Shown here piece after piece: positions 12,416 through 24,196 of a stretch of DNA of 64,000 bases (positions are counted from its first letter, which is position 1; each line of letters opens with the position of its first letter). The notes beneath the pieces were generated by a model, which was not told the origin of the DNA, did not search any database, and saw only the letters and a program-made list of their open reading frames with translations. Origin of the DNA: Octopus sinensis (taxonomy: Eukaryota); NCBI RefSeq assembly GCF_006345805.1, contig NC_043013.1:23932001-23996000 (forward strand). Direction: 5' to 3'. The translations under genes and the position numbers were made by a program.

Positions 12416-13584
12416 GTAATTTTTTTTGTTTCAAATTCATATTCTTACAACTACATAAATCTCATATATTGCATTTTTAACCATGATACATTTCACTCTA
12501 GTATACTAAGGACAAGTGGAAGAATGTAGGCCTCCTTGACCAGATGATTCAAGTGGATAACTATGGCTATAGCATTGTTTAATTTTCGTTGCTAAAAGTT
12601 CAACAATAAGACCTTTGGATTGAGGACTATAATATATTTAGTATAGTATGTAACTAAAGACAAATACAACTTGGTAGAAGGTTCACAAGGGAAGAATTTT
12701 GTAAAGAATGAATGGTTTCTTACTTGAATGTAATCTACTTTTATAATGTTTTATATATAAGAATATATCATTGTTGGGAAACTGCCATTAAGTGGAGAGG
12801 CATCTCTATATTGTAATGTCATCCTGGAATGCTCTCAATTCTACAATAGGGACCTTGACCAGACAAGGAGGAAATAAAACTAATGAAGAATAAATGATAT
12901 TCAACTACGAGTTTTTAGATTCTGAAATACTCCTTTGTAGGTAGTTTGATCCTGCTAAAAGATGCTTAAGATCTTTTAGGAGATTAATATTTAGCATGCG
13001 AGCAGTCCTTTTGGTGCTTTTCTCTTTTCTGATGGTTATTATCACAGCAATTATCTAGTACCTCAGCTTGATGGAAATGACCAGAATTTGGAGTGGACAG
13101 AGTCTATCTGTTGGTCAAGGCTTAAGGTCTACACTTTGGTGTTAGTCATTTCACTGGTTACTTACTGGTTTGATGAACTGTTTCATTTTTTTTTTTTTTT
13201 AAAGTAGTGTCATGTTCAGTGAAAAAACATCCTTTCTTTTTATTTCACTTTTTGAATGTTTATTTACTCATTGCTGATATAGAAACTTCTCTTTTCTGCA
13301 CAATCCATTAACTTTTGCTTACTTCTTGGCACTATTCGTTAGTTTTCTTTACAAAACAGAACAAAGTCCAGATCTGTTAGTCATTTGTCTGTTCATTAAA
13401 TTTTTGAATTCCAAAGAGTCCGTAGTATTCCTCATCTTGTAATTGATCACCATGAGGAAAAGGAAAAGTAAAAGGATATCAGACAAGTAGCAAGCAAGCT
13501 AAGATGAATTCCACAAAGCATTACACTGTGCTGTGTATAGTGTTAAGTTTTATGCACATATTTAAATAAATAAATTAAACGTAA

Positions 13585-13984
13585 CTGGCATGTAAAAAAG
13601 CACTTTTTGAGTGTTGGGCCTCATGGAGGCAATGTAGCTGATGCTGGTGGCATGTAAAAAGCACCTTTCAAGCATTGGGCCTCACATAGGCAATGACCAA
13701 GATCTTTGGCGTTATGCCATGCATTAGAAGAAGACCCATCAAGCAAAGTGAAATTGTAATTGTTGCAGATACTGGTGCCACACAACTGGCACCTGTGCTG
13801 GTGGCACGTAAAAGCATCCCTTACACTCTCAAAGTGGTTGGTGTTAGGAAGGGCATCCAGCCATAAAAATTATGCCAAATCGGGCTGGAGTCTGGTGTAG
13901 CCCCTCAGCTTACCAGCCCTGGTCAAACTGTCCAACCCATGTCAGCATGGACAACAGATGCTAAATAATGATGATGATGATGAT
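13585..13984 (+). mobile_element. 5'-truncated RTE copy with variant repetitive 3'UTR
   Basis: Repeated TGGCATGTAAAAAGCAC units, conserved RTE tail, (GAT)n end. Confidence 0.85.
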
Positions 13985-14125
13985 TATGTATATAAGCAAA
14001 GAAATTCTTATAGCTCTACTTGAAGATGACTAACAGGATAGTTGACAAAATGATTTTATAACAGAGTGCTTTTACATTTTAAAATGCATGCCTACTGTTT
14101 TAATTTGGCTATTAACTGCAGTCAG

Positions 14126-14340
14126 TCATCGCAACTGTGACTGTTCACAGCTTTGGCATGACTCAATAAACCTTTTCCATACTGGTTGGTTTTTCACTTG
14201 AGTTTGCCATTTCTCACAATCCATTCCATTTGCAGTATGTTTGAATCTCTGTCTAGGTTTTCCATGGTTCCTTTTCCCCTTGCAGTAAAGAAGTTGTCTA
14301 GGGAGCCTGCTGTTTTCCATTCTATGTATGTGTCCCCGAC
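14126..14340 (-). mobile_element. Fragment of a different RTE (BovB/RTE-1-like) ORF2 C-terminus
   Basis: GHIHRMENSRLPRQLLY...GKRNHGKPRQRFK...W matches the GHVxRMxxxRLPKQLLY...GRPxxRFKD motif. Confidence 0.6.
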
Positions 14341-14589
14341 CAACATAAATTTCTATCAATGAGGATTTCTATCATGGGAGCGTCTCTTCTTTCCTGATCT
14401 TATTGAACAGAGAGATATTTATAATTTGTCACCTCTGTTTCATCATACATGCATGTAATTTGTCCACTTGAACTCTATTTATTTGTCCAAATTCAACTCT
14501 ATTTATTTACTCTTTTACCATTTTCTGTTTTAATAAAAGTGGAAATATTTGCTTTCTCCATACACAGTAAATCTGGCAGGTGAATACTG

Positions 14590-14915
14590 ATCTTTCACTT
14601 GTTTCAGCCATTGGACTGTGGCCATGCTGGGGCACTGCCTTGAAGGGTTTAGGCAAACAAATCACCCCCTCCCCCTGTACTTTCTTAAGTCTGGTACTTA
14701 TTCCATCACTATTTGCTGAACTGCAAAGTTATGGGTATATAACGAAACCAACACTAATTGCCAAGCAAATGGCGGAGGATAAATACACACATACACACAC
14801 ACGACGGGCTTCTTTCAGTTTCCGTCTACCAGATCTGCTCACAAGGATTTAGTTGAAAACACTTGCCCAAGGTGCCATGCAGTGGGTCTGAACCTGGAAC
14901 TATATGGTTAGGGGG
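14590..14915 (-). mobile_element. SINE (type A head) with CR1-like 3' tail
   Basis: Minus strand GGTTCAGACCCACTGCATGGCACCTTGGGCAAGTG (B-box-like plus CORE-like), GGTAGACGGAAACTGAAAGAAGCCCGTCG, and tail CAGCATGGCCACAG...GCTGAAACAAG. Confidence 0.75.
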
Positions 14916-15595
14916 ATAATTTTCTTGTTACTTCTTCAATAAAGTATTTTAGTGTTACACGTATATTTGACTGAAGTATCTGCCAAAAATTTTAAATAAG
15001 TTTTATGCCCTTATAGAATTTTGATGATCATAAATTCTATTAAGTAGTTTATATTGTTTTCCAGTTCCAAGACAATTTGCATTTTCCACCTTTTGACTGA
15101 ATCTTACATTGAATGGCAGAGTATGACTATTAGCTCTCATCAACATTGACTCCATCATCATCAATCCTTTACCCTCTTTCTCAACTTGAAGTTTGGAAAC
15201 ACACTGGATAATCCTTAATTCTAACAGAAGGCAAGACTCGTTTTGGAAGCAGTCATAAAATTCATGAGAATAGTTGTATAAAGGAAATCAATTTTAGTCC
15301 TGACTATCATTTAATAGTAAATACAACATATTGGTTGAAGAACCTATGTGACAACTGCATCACTAACTATATCATATCTATTATTTAACCCTAGGCCAGC
15401 TCTGTTTGAGCAAACTTATAATGATAGTGTTCCAGCCATGACCATCCATCTCAGCTTCTAACAATGTGTCCAGGACTATATTATTCAATGGGTCCTTTTT
15501 TGTTAAAGATGGTAAGATGTCAGTTGTGTTATTTGGGTGACCATGTAGAGGTTCTTGACCCGTATTGTCTACTTTGACTTCATGTGAGTGTGTGC

Positions 15596-15982
15596 ATGGG
15601 TGGAAGCACTCCGTCGGTTACGACGACGAGGGTTCCGGTTGATCCAATGAATGGAACAGCCTGCTCCTGAAATTAACGTGTAAGTGGCTGAGCACTCCAC
15701 AGACACGTGTACCCTTAATGTAGTTCTCGGGGATATTCAGCGTGACACAGAGAGTGACAAGGCCGGCCCTTTGAAATACAGGTACAACAGAAACAGGAAG
15801 TAAGAGTGAGAGAAAGTTGTGGTGAAAGAGTACAGCAGGGATCACCACCACCCCCTGCCAGAGCCTCGTGGAGCTTTAGGTGTTTTCGCTCAATAAACAC
15901 TCACAACGCCTGGTCTGGGAATCGAAACCGCGATCCTACGACCGCGAGTCCGCTGCCCTAACCACTGGGCCATTGCGCCTCC
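15596..15982 (-). mobile_element. tRNA-derived SINE (resembles octopus OR-type SINEs), young, CpG-rich
   Basis: Head GGAGGCGCAATGGCCCAGTGGTTAGGGCAGCGGACTCGCGGTCGTAGGATCGCGGTTTCGATTCC with A and B boxes. The 3' ~190 bp are shared with 43615-43780. Confidence 0.85.
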
Positions 15983-15997
15983 ACTGGTACAATGCCT

Positions 15998-16612
15998 GGG
16001 TGCATGCCTGTGTGATTAACAAGTTCACTTTACAACATTGTTTTGGGTTCAGTCCCACTGTATGATACTTTGGGTAAGTGCCTTCTACTATGACCCTAAG
16101 CTGACCTCTGCACCTTGTGAGGGAATTTGCCTGGCAGACGCTGCAAAAAACACCCATTATGCATGTGAGTGTGTGTTGATATTCCATGGTTTTCCACTTT
16201 CAAACTGACCTCTGGAAGAAATTATCCTTTTCTTGGAAAACAGATAAGGGTTAGTAACAGGAAGAGGATCTGGCTGTAAAATTGTACCTCAGATAACTTG
16301 TGGCTGGGTAAATTAAGCAGGTCACTTTGCAACCATTTGGTTTTTGATTCAGTCCCACTACACAGCACCTTATGTAATACTTTGTACTATAGCCTTGCGT
16401 TGACCTACACTTTGTGAGTAAATTTGCTTGACTGAAACTACAGGAAGTCCATGGTGTGTGTGTGAGAGAGAGAAAGTTGATATTCCATGCTTGTTCGCGC
16501 TCATACAGATAAAATATCCATTATTTGAAAAGAGATAAAGGTTAGCATCTGGTTATAAAATCCTGCCTCCAATAACTTCTCCTCTAACATGGAAAAACTG
16601 ACTTTAAATGAA
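15998..16612 (+). mobile_element. Two head-to-tail decayed type A SINEs with RTE-like tails
   Basis: TTCAGTCCCACT...CTACTAT(G/A) occurs at about 16048 and 16350. Each is followed by GATAAGG(G)TTAG... and an RTE-tail-like segment. Confidence 0.6.
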
Positions 16613-17584
16613 CAAACGAATGTGTAAACTGTCATGTTGTGTCCAGTGGTGAAGCCAGTGTCTTTCATTTATTCGATGTTGTTCAGTAGAATTTTGCTCT
16701 ATTTACATTGAGTCTCTTTCCATTATTCTAAGTGCCACTCTATGTTAAATGCACTGATGCCGTGCTCTTAGCTTTATGACTAAGTTTTGAATACTCTTCT
16801 CTCAGTGTTTTTTGTATCACAACTTATTTTAACATCAGCAACAAACACTGGGCAAGGTATATATATATGTCTACAGTTCCCAGGGGTCAAACTTTGATTC
16901 ATGGAACTGCAGATACATTTGATTCATGGCGCCTGCAAATGAGACCAAGGTTTCACTCCTCATAAACAACAGAAATAAAATGCTTGAACCTCATACTCAT
17001 GTCACACAGGATATACTAAGAATACCAGCAAGTTACACAGCTCTCATGACCTTTCCAGTTCTGCTTTTCTTATTGATTTTAATGTTTCCATATTAATATT
17101 TAATTTCACCCCCCCCCCTCCTACTTTTTTTTTTTTTTACATATATTTGAATAAAAAACATAAAAAGGAATCACTGTGAGAAGACCATCAGAATATGACT
17201 AATGTAACTAAATTTGTTTAATAGAACATTTATATTACTGATTACAGCTCCACTGTAATCGTACTACAGAGAACCATATATATTTTTTCTAAATGGGAAA
17301 CTGTAGATATATTCCAGTTTCCAAAGCAACTAATATGGTAACAGAATTTAGACTTAATGTAACTAGCAGCACTCTATCAAACCCTAAAACTTACCTGCTA
17401 ATATATATTTTCAGTGAAAATAATAATCATTATTATGTGGTGTGGTAGTTTTTTATTGGTAAATTGAGCTTATGCTGTTAATATGGTGTCTCATTGAAAT
17501 CCTTTCATTTTTTATGCTGTTATTCTTGGAAAAGGCATGATTGCCACAGCTTATTTAATTGCCATATCAGCTTTGTGAACAGCT

Positions 17585-17775
17585 TTGATGATTTGAAGTG
17601 GAAAATATGCAGGTTGGGAGCAATGAAGAGAATGATACCAATAGTGATTGGCGTACTTGGAAGTATCAGCACTCAACTACCGGTGTGGCTCAAAAAGATT
17701 GGTAGAAATGTAAAGGTAGAACACCTACAAAAATTAGCATTACTTGAAACTGCAAGAGTTTTCCCAGAGGGTTCT
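17585..17775 (+). mobile_element. C-terminal fragment of a restriction-like-endonuclease non-LTR element (R4/Dong-like)
   Basis: DDLKWKICRLGAMKRMIPIVIGVLGS...WLKKIG...LQKLALLETARV resembles DL..EI.RLW...VPIVIGALG...LQKxxLLGTARI. Confidence 0.55.
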
Positions 17776-17869
17776 TAGTCAGCTGGCTGTGGGTAGCTAA
17801 CACGTTTCATCATACCCAGCAAAATAAGCTGAGAGTATTCATCATGGCTTCTGATTTGAATTGATTACA

Positions 17870-18352
17870 AGTGCTATGGACATGTTTTGTCTTGGTATAA
17901 AAGATGGGCTTTAATAAATATTCTACTCAATACCACAGATCTGCTTGTCAGTTGCTTGACCTTCACAAGTGGAGCATGTCACTTAGTGGTTGAGGATATG
18001 TACGTCTCTGATCACAAGTAGGAGTAGTGGTGAAGCATCATAGTCATGTGTTGAGGGATTCTTTGGAGTTTGAATAAATCACTTCTAGAAACAAGGGTGG
18101 TTCATTCATCATTCTTAAACAAACCTCATTTGGGGACCTTTTGAGTGGGATGGGCTACTCAACCTGAAGAAAATTCTAACTGGTTCATGTGTTGTTTATC
18201 TTGATATGAGATCACCTTGTCATGCACATATGGTTGCAATGCATTTGCCTGGTGTACCCTTATCAGACAGGTAGATATGATGGGTATATTGGACTTCATA
18301 TATTTGTACCAGTATCATTTTGTTGGCATGCATTGCACTCCCAGTCAATAAT
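17870..18352 (+). mobile_element. Unclassified interspersed repeat ending in CAATAAT (likely a LINE 3'UTR)
   Basis: I recognise it as a recurrent octopus repeat. Higher GC than the flanks and a short (AAT) tail. No second copy in the window. Confidence 0.35.
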
Positions 18353-19131
18353 GACTTACTCAGAAGGTTCTGAACTTTAAACTAATGGAAAGTCAAAACT
18401 TTGGAATTATTAAGAACAGATTCCAGATAGCTAAATGTATCATGCTTTACATATTCTTGCATACTTGATATATTTTAAGAGCTATGATCTAATGTATGGC
18501 TTCGATGATTTTAACTCGCATCAGTTTTAGTAAAAACAGTTCACGTGTTTGCTTGAAGTAGAAATTTATTGAGGTAAAGCTACAAGAATAAATATTTCCA
18601 CTCTACTTCTTTCTTATGTATTTTCTGCTTGACATTTTAAATTTCTTAAAGATCCAATCTTTATTTCCCCAACTAAGTATTACTTATCTTTCTCATTCAG
18701 TCAGATTTTTTTTTCTTTTTTGTGAGGCATAGAGTTGGATACTCCCTCTATTTGTCATTGTACCTCTGATTAGTAATAATTTCTGCTTCAGACAGAAGGG
18801 TGTTGTTTAGCAAGAGAGATATTATTTACTTGCATATATTAGTAATACCATTTTTTTATCATTTGATGCCATTTTCTGTATCCTATCTTCACCATATTCA
18901 TTGGATATTTCAGTTGCTTCAATATCTGTTGATGAACTAAATTGATATTTTTATTGATAAATTAAACAGAGTAACTCTAATGCTTTTCAGATGAACAGAT
19001 AATATAATATTAACAGGCATTATGACTTCTGATTCTATGATTTTAGTTTCTGATCCAACTAAGGAGTTTGTAAGTTAAATTCTTCAAGAAAATAAAATTT
19101 TTGTTCACTAATTTTCTATTGTATTTTACAG

Positions 19132-19273
19132 TTTACTCAATGGGTGGATGCAGTCATCTTTGTATTTAGTCTTGAAAATGAAATGAGCTTCCAGGCAGTT
19201 TACAGCTATTATGCCAAAATGGCACACTACCGTAATCCTACAGAAATCCCCTTAATACTTGTGGGGACACAGG
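19132..19273 (+). CDS. AGAP1: AGAP1/3 family exon, GTPase-like domain, 142 nt, phase 0-1
   Basis: TATTTTACAG acceptor and G/GTAAGT donor. Encodes [47 protein letters not shown](D), in frame with the previous exon. Confidence 0.96.
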
Positions 19274-19729
19274 GTAAGTTTATAGATTTTCCATTTTCAC
19301 TTTTATAATGAAGTAAATAGACAAACTGAAGAAAGTTATCAGAGAAAATGAGATTCCAATGTATAATGAATAGTAAAGAACTTTTTAAAGGTTGGCATTC
19401 TAAAATTGGAACCAAATGGTTATTATTTATTGGCCTGAATTTGATTCATTGGGTGTGAAGTTTAAAGCAAAGTACCTTGTGACTTTAGAAAGCCATTACC
19501 ACCAGATGCATTCATTAGTGTTTATAAGAGAGATGACATTTGTTTTGAGTGATATAATTCTGATAGTTAACCGGCAATATATACTGGTCATAGAGGTCAG
19601 TTGGGAGAAGTAAACCCATGAAGACTTAAGCAGCTTATTCTAAACTTATTTAGACAGCTCAACTCTACAGTTGATATAATTTGAAATAGAAAGGACATGT
19701 TGATATTCACAACAGCCAAACTTATGCAT

Positions 19730-19750
19730 GCGCGCGCACACACACACACA

Positions 19751-19806
<56 letters not shown>

Positions 19807-19846
19807 TGCTGCTGCTGCTACTACTACTACTACTAAGAAGAAGAAG
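19730..19846. repeat. Compound microsatellite (GC)(AC)(TC)(CTG)(CTA)(AAG)
   Basis: Directly visible. Confidence 0.95.
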
Positions 19847-20715
19847 ACTATAGTTATGAATGATAAAAGGAATCAGATGACTGAATTCAGAAACCAATCC
19901 TGTGTTAGATTTAGACAGTATTTAAAACTTTCAATATTGTCTGATTATTATGTCAATAGCATCTCTTAAACCAAAGAAGCATTCTAACCTGGCTTATAAA
20001 AAAAATGGATAAATGGATTGCAGAATGCACAGAAAAAGTTAATCACTGCAGCCAGGGCATATTTAGGGAGGGGTGGGGAGGCTTATTTAACTGGAGACAG
20101 TTAAAGTTTGATGGAAGACTGGTGTTGAGGTCTTTTAAATTTATTTATTTATTATAAAAATTTTTTTTGAAATCTCTGCTAATAGGAGTTTCTTAAGTTT
20201 TTGTACGATATAAAGAAGCCAGGTATTTCACTTCTTTTAAGGATCCAAACTAAATAGCACTTGTGTAATTCAACTGGGAATTAGCAGCTTGAAAGCGAAT
20301 TTTTGCCAAACTAATCAGGTAAGTATTAAAGTATTCAGCACGAATGTATTAGACTTTTGGTGAAGGAAAGGCACTCATCGTCAATCCAGGAAAAATCTAT
20401 TCTATTTTGCACCTCATTTATTGAAGAAGACTTTATTTTCCTCTCCTCAGAGATCTGGAGTGAATATTTCTCGGTTCTACAACTCTTTGAGGATTTTTTA
20501 ATGATTATTCTTTCATGGGTTTTGACAGTTTGACTTGCATTGAATCTTTCCAATCAGAAATGTCTGCTTCATACTAATTCTTGTCATTTGCACACTATTC
20601 AGCGGCAGATAGTTTTATTTTAGTTATTTAATTTTGTTGTAGCATTTTACGTTAAAGTTAGAAATAGCATTTACTGGTTTATATGAAAATAGTATTTACT
20701 AATATTTAAGTTTAA

Positions 20716-20935
20716 CCCTTTAGCATTTAAACCAGCCATATGAGGCCCAAGCATTCTAGCTGATGTATGTTCAAGCTGGTCAGATCTGACCTTTCACACC
20801 TACCCTACTATATCATTCTAAAAATAAACAATCATGTCAACAAAATCTCAAGGCTACAAGATAATGTATGATCGATTCAAAACAATGTGAACAAATGAGT
20901 TTGACATATGACGGATTAATCTGAATGCTGAAAGG
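20716..20935. mobile_element. piggyBac-type MITE
   Basis: TTAA|CCCTTTAGCATT ... AATGCTGAAAGG|TTAA. Related copy at 38978-39194. Confidence 0.75.
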
Positions 20936-21313
20936 TTAAAGATTAGATTTATCTCCATATTTCGAGTCATAAGACTTACGAAACGTTCAAATTTGCTACC
21001 ACAAACTTGTATCATTGTCCTCCTTGTAAATTCATACTGGGTAGCAATTTCATTATTGATTTCCACTAAAACTGATGACTTGTTCTGAAAAAGTTCTTTA
21101 CAATTATTAGATATGGTGATATTGATGAGTTTAATTTTAATGGCACAACCTTTCTGATGCACTTCAGCAAACAACTTAAAAATCTGATGCTGCCATATGG
21201 TATTCGGATTTGTTGATGTTTATGTTGAACTTAGCAGGGTTGGGGGTTCACAGGAATGGGCAGAAAAAGAGGAATGGTCTTCCAAAACATTGGTCTGAGT
21301 TGTTACAATGTGA

Positions 21314-21659
21314 AGTGTGATCGTTGCCAGAGCGGCTAGCGTGATCAATGCACATAAAAGGCACCATTCGAGCGTGATCGTTACCAGCGTTGCCTTACTG
21401 GCACATGTGCCGGTGGCATGTGTAAATAGATTTGAGCGTGGCCATTACCAGTACCACCTGACTGGCCCCCGTGCCGGTGGCACGTAAAAAGCACCCACTA
21501 CACTCTCAGAGTGGTTGGCATTAGGAAGGGCATCCAGCTGTAGAAACTCTGCCAGATCAAGATTGGAGCCTGGTGCAGCCATCTGGCTCACCAGCCCGCA
21601 GTCAAAATTGCTCAGTCCATGCTAGCATGGAGAACGGACGCTAAATGATGATGATGATG
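21314..21659 (+). mobile_element. 5'-truncated RTE copy (tandem-repeat 3'UTR type)
   Basis: Same unit series as 1840-2100, followed by the conserved tail and (GAT)n. Confidence 0.88.
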
Positions 21660-21890
21660 CTGAACTACATAAACAGAAGAAAGAAAGCTAAATATCGCAT
21701 AACAAGTTATGATAAAAAATATATTTAAGTTCCTTAGCTTCTATAAAGTTATAGATGTATTTAGATTTCTATGAAAGACGCTGGAAACAAATAGTCAAAT
21801 CAACAGCTTAAGGGATATTGCCTTTCTTGCTTCTTTTATAATTTATTATCAAAAATTGGAAAGTTGTTTCATTATTATAATAAATATTAA

Positions 21891-22102
21891 GGTGACAAGC
21901 TGGCAGAATCGTTAGGTGCTGGATGAAATGCTTAGTGGTGTTTCAGCTGTTACTACGTTATGAGTTCAAGTTCTGCTGAGGTCAGCTTTACCTTTCTTCC
22001 TTTAGGGGCCCACTAAAATAAGTATCAGTTAAACACTGGGATTGATGTAATTGACTCATCCCCTCCCTTAAAATTGCTGCCCTTGTGGCAAAATTTGAAA
22101 CC
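21891..22102 (+). mobile_element. tRNA-derived SINE (type B; central part resembles the Nin/Deu domain)
   Basis: A box TGGCAGAATCG and B box GAGTTCAAGTTC. The centre matches GAGGTCGACTTTGCCTTTCAT...AAGTACCAG, best preserved at 34021-34069. Confidence 0.75.
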
Positions 22103-23058
22103 ATTATTAGAATAAATATTAAATTCTGGCCATAGTTTCTCTTAACCAATATGAAAAAATATTTACCAAAATGTTTCCAAGTCTTATAAGAAAATGAGTG
22201 ACATGAAACTGTGAGGAGAGAATTAACTTCAAATTTCGTAAATGATAATTAGCTAAAAGGTTGTTTTTTTTATTATTCATTTAAACTTTTTTCTCTCTTT
22301 TTAAACCTCTAATGCCAAATGACTATTTTTTCAGCTGAAATATAAATAGAACTAATGACTTTTAAACAGAAAATTAAGTAAATAAAATAAGAAAATGAAT
22401 GTACACTCTATAGAAATGAAATATTCTAAATAAATAGCAAAGTTCTCAATTCATTCTTGGTTCTGTGTACCAGATGGTTTTGAACTTTTGCAAGCCTCTA
22501 GGATCTGTATTTTAAATATATCTCAAAGAAATTCTAACTTGAAAAATCTCTTTACCTCACTTTTACTTCAACTAGACTTTAGGAAAACACTCTGCCACTT
22601 GAAATCTATGCACACGTTTGTCCTTCTCAAAGTTTCTTGTAGCACTCCTGTCTTATTCTGTGGAACCTTTGGCTTCTGCTGAATACAATATACAAGCTCT
22701 TTTCTAAAAGCAATTAAAATTTTTATGTATTTTCCCCCCATTGAACCTGCTAGCATATTATTTGATAATCTTTCTTTGTAGTCTTGGATCTCAAAGAATA
22801 TCTGACTTTATTTTATCATTTACTACATGGTGTTATTAGTTTCTGTATCTTTGTTTACAGAAAAAAACTATAACTATTTAAATATTTTTGTCATTTTAAT
22901 TATTTCCTGTCTCCCTTTATTCTAACTGAAGTGACATTTAAGTCATTGAAATCAAGCATTAATTTACATGAGGAATTTGAAAATTCTGAATGAAATTCTG
23001 AAACCATTATATGCAGTGTGATTCCTAATTTTATACAATGTTTAAAATGATGTTTTAG

Positions 23059-23193
23059 ATGCCATCAGTGAAAGCAATCCACGTGTGATTGATGATGTAC
23101 GGGCCCGTAAACTTGCAATAGATTTGAAAAGATGTACATATTATGAAACCTGTGCAACATACGGACTCAATGTCGAACGTGTCTTTCAGGATG
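23059..23193 (+). CDS. AGAP1: AGAP1/3 family exon, GTPase-like domain, 135 nt, phase 1-1
   Basis: GTTTTAG acceptor and G/GTATGT donor. Encodes (D)[44 protein letters not shown], near-identical to the AGAP GLD C-terminus. Confidence 0.96.
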
Positions 23194-23798
23194 GTATGTA
23201 TGGAGTATTTTTATTCTGTGTTTCGTGTATCAGTCCAATTTAATTTCATAGAACTCAATAATTCTTATTTTTTTTTGTTGTTTTTTTTTTTTTTGCAGTA
23301 GATGAGTAACTTATTAATTTCTTCCCATGATATAAAGTATATAGTTTAATCATGTTCTGATCAAGTTTTGATCAAGCTTAATACGAAAGAAAAAAAGAAA
23401 GAACCCTCAAATAATTGGGTGGTGGGGTATGTGTGCTCTCTCTCTCATTCTCATTGTCTCTTTTATTTGATGATTTTCAGTGATTAGGGGGTAACTTTGT
23501 TTGCTTACTTAAACCATTTCAATGAGGAAAGATTGTAGTTACTACTTCATAATAGATTTGTAACTTATTATAAGATAGGAAGATTGTGGGGTAATGTAGA
23601 GTAAATTATTCTGAATGGAAGTGAACAAAGTAAGCCAGTTCTGTGGAGCAATGCTATTGTTATAACAATACAATAAACAAGAGCACACTGCATCAATCAT
23701 TTTTGTTTCCTAGGGACATAGTAATCATTGAGATGTAGGAACTCCAAACATAAGTGTATAAATAACACTGATAAATAGGATGATATTATTATCACTTA

Positions 23799-24196
23799 CT
23801 AGCAGTATTGCCCGGCGTTGCTTGGGTTTGTTTCGACCCTTTAGAATTGGAATTTTTGAAAAGTAAAAAATTTTGCATTATGTAGCTTGTTATTCTCTTT
23901 AAGTGAACATTTTTCTGGTTGAAATACACCAAAAAATGGCGACACAGAGGTTAAAAAATCGTAAAAAATAGGGATTTTCATAGAAAAAAAAAAAAGCTCC
24001 TTTTTTATGTAAATAATTTTTAGTGTTAACATGGTCCTATTTGAATTTTATCTCCTACGGAATGAAGAGCAAGCCTTCTTCTATCATACTCTCAATTTTG
24101 GTCAACTTGCACCGCTGGGTCTCAGAGGAGATAGTGTTAGTTGAAGGCTACCAAACCTGTCATACACAGACAACTTCAGCTTTATATATAGAGAGA
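23799..24196 (-). mobile_element. Non-autonomous Helitron, 398 bp
   Basis: Minus strand A|TCTCTCTATATATAAAG ... CCCAAGCAACGCCGGG CAATACTG CTAG|T: 5'-TC, imperfect subterminal hairpin, CTAG-3', A/T target, no TSD. Confidence 0.75.

Noticed and set aside
15905-15982. tRNA gene
   Set aside because: A and B boxes are present, but there is no proper acceptor stem or downstream terminator, and it continues into SINE body sequence.
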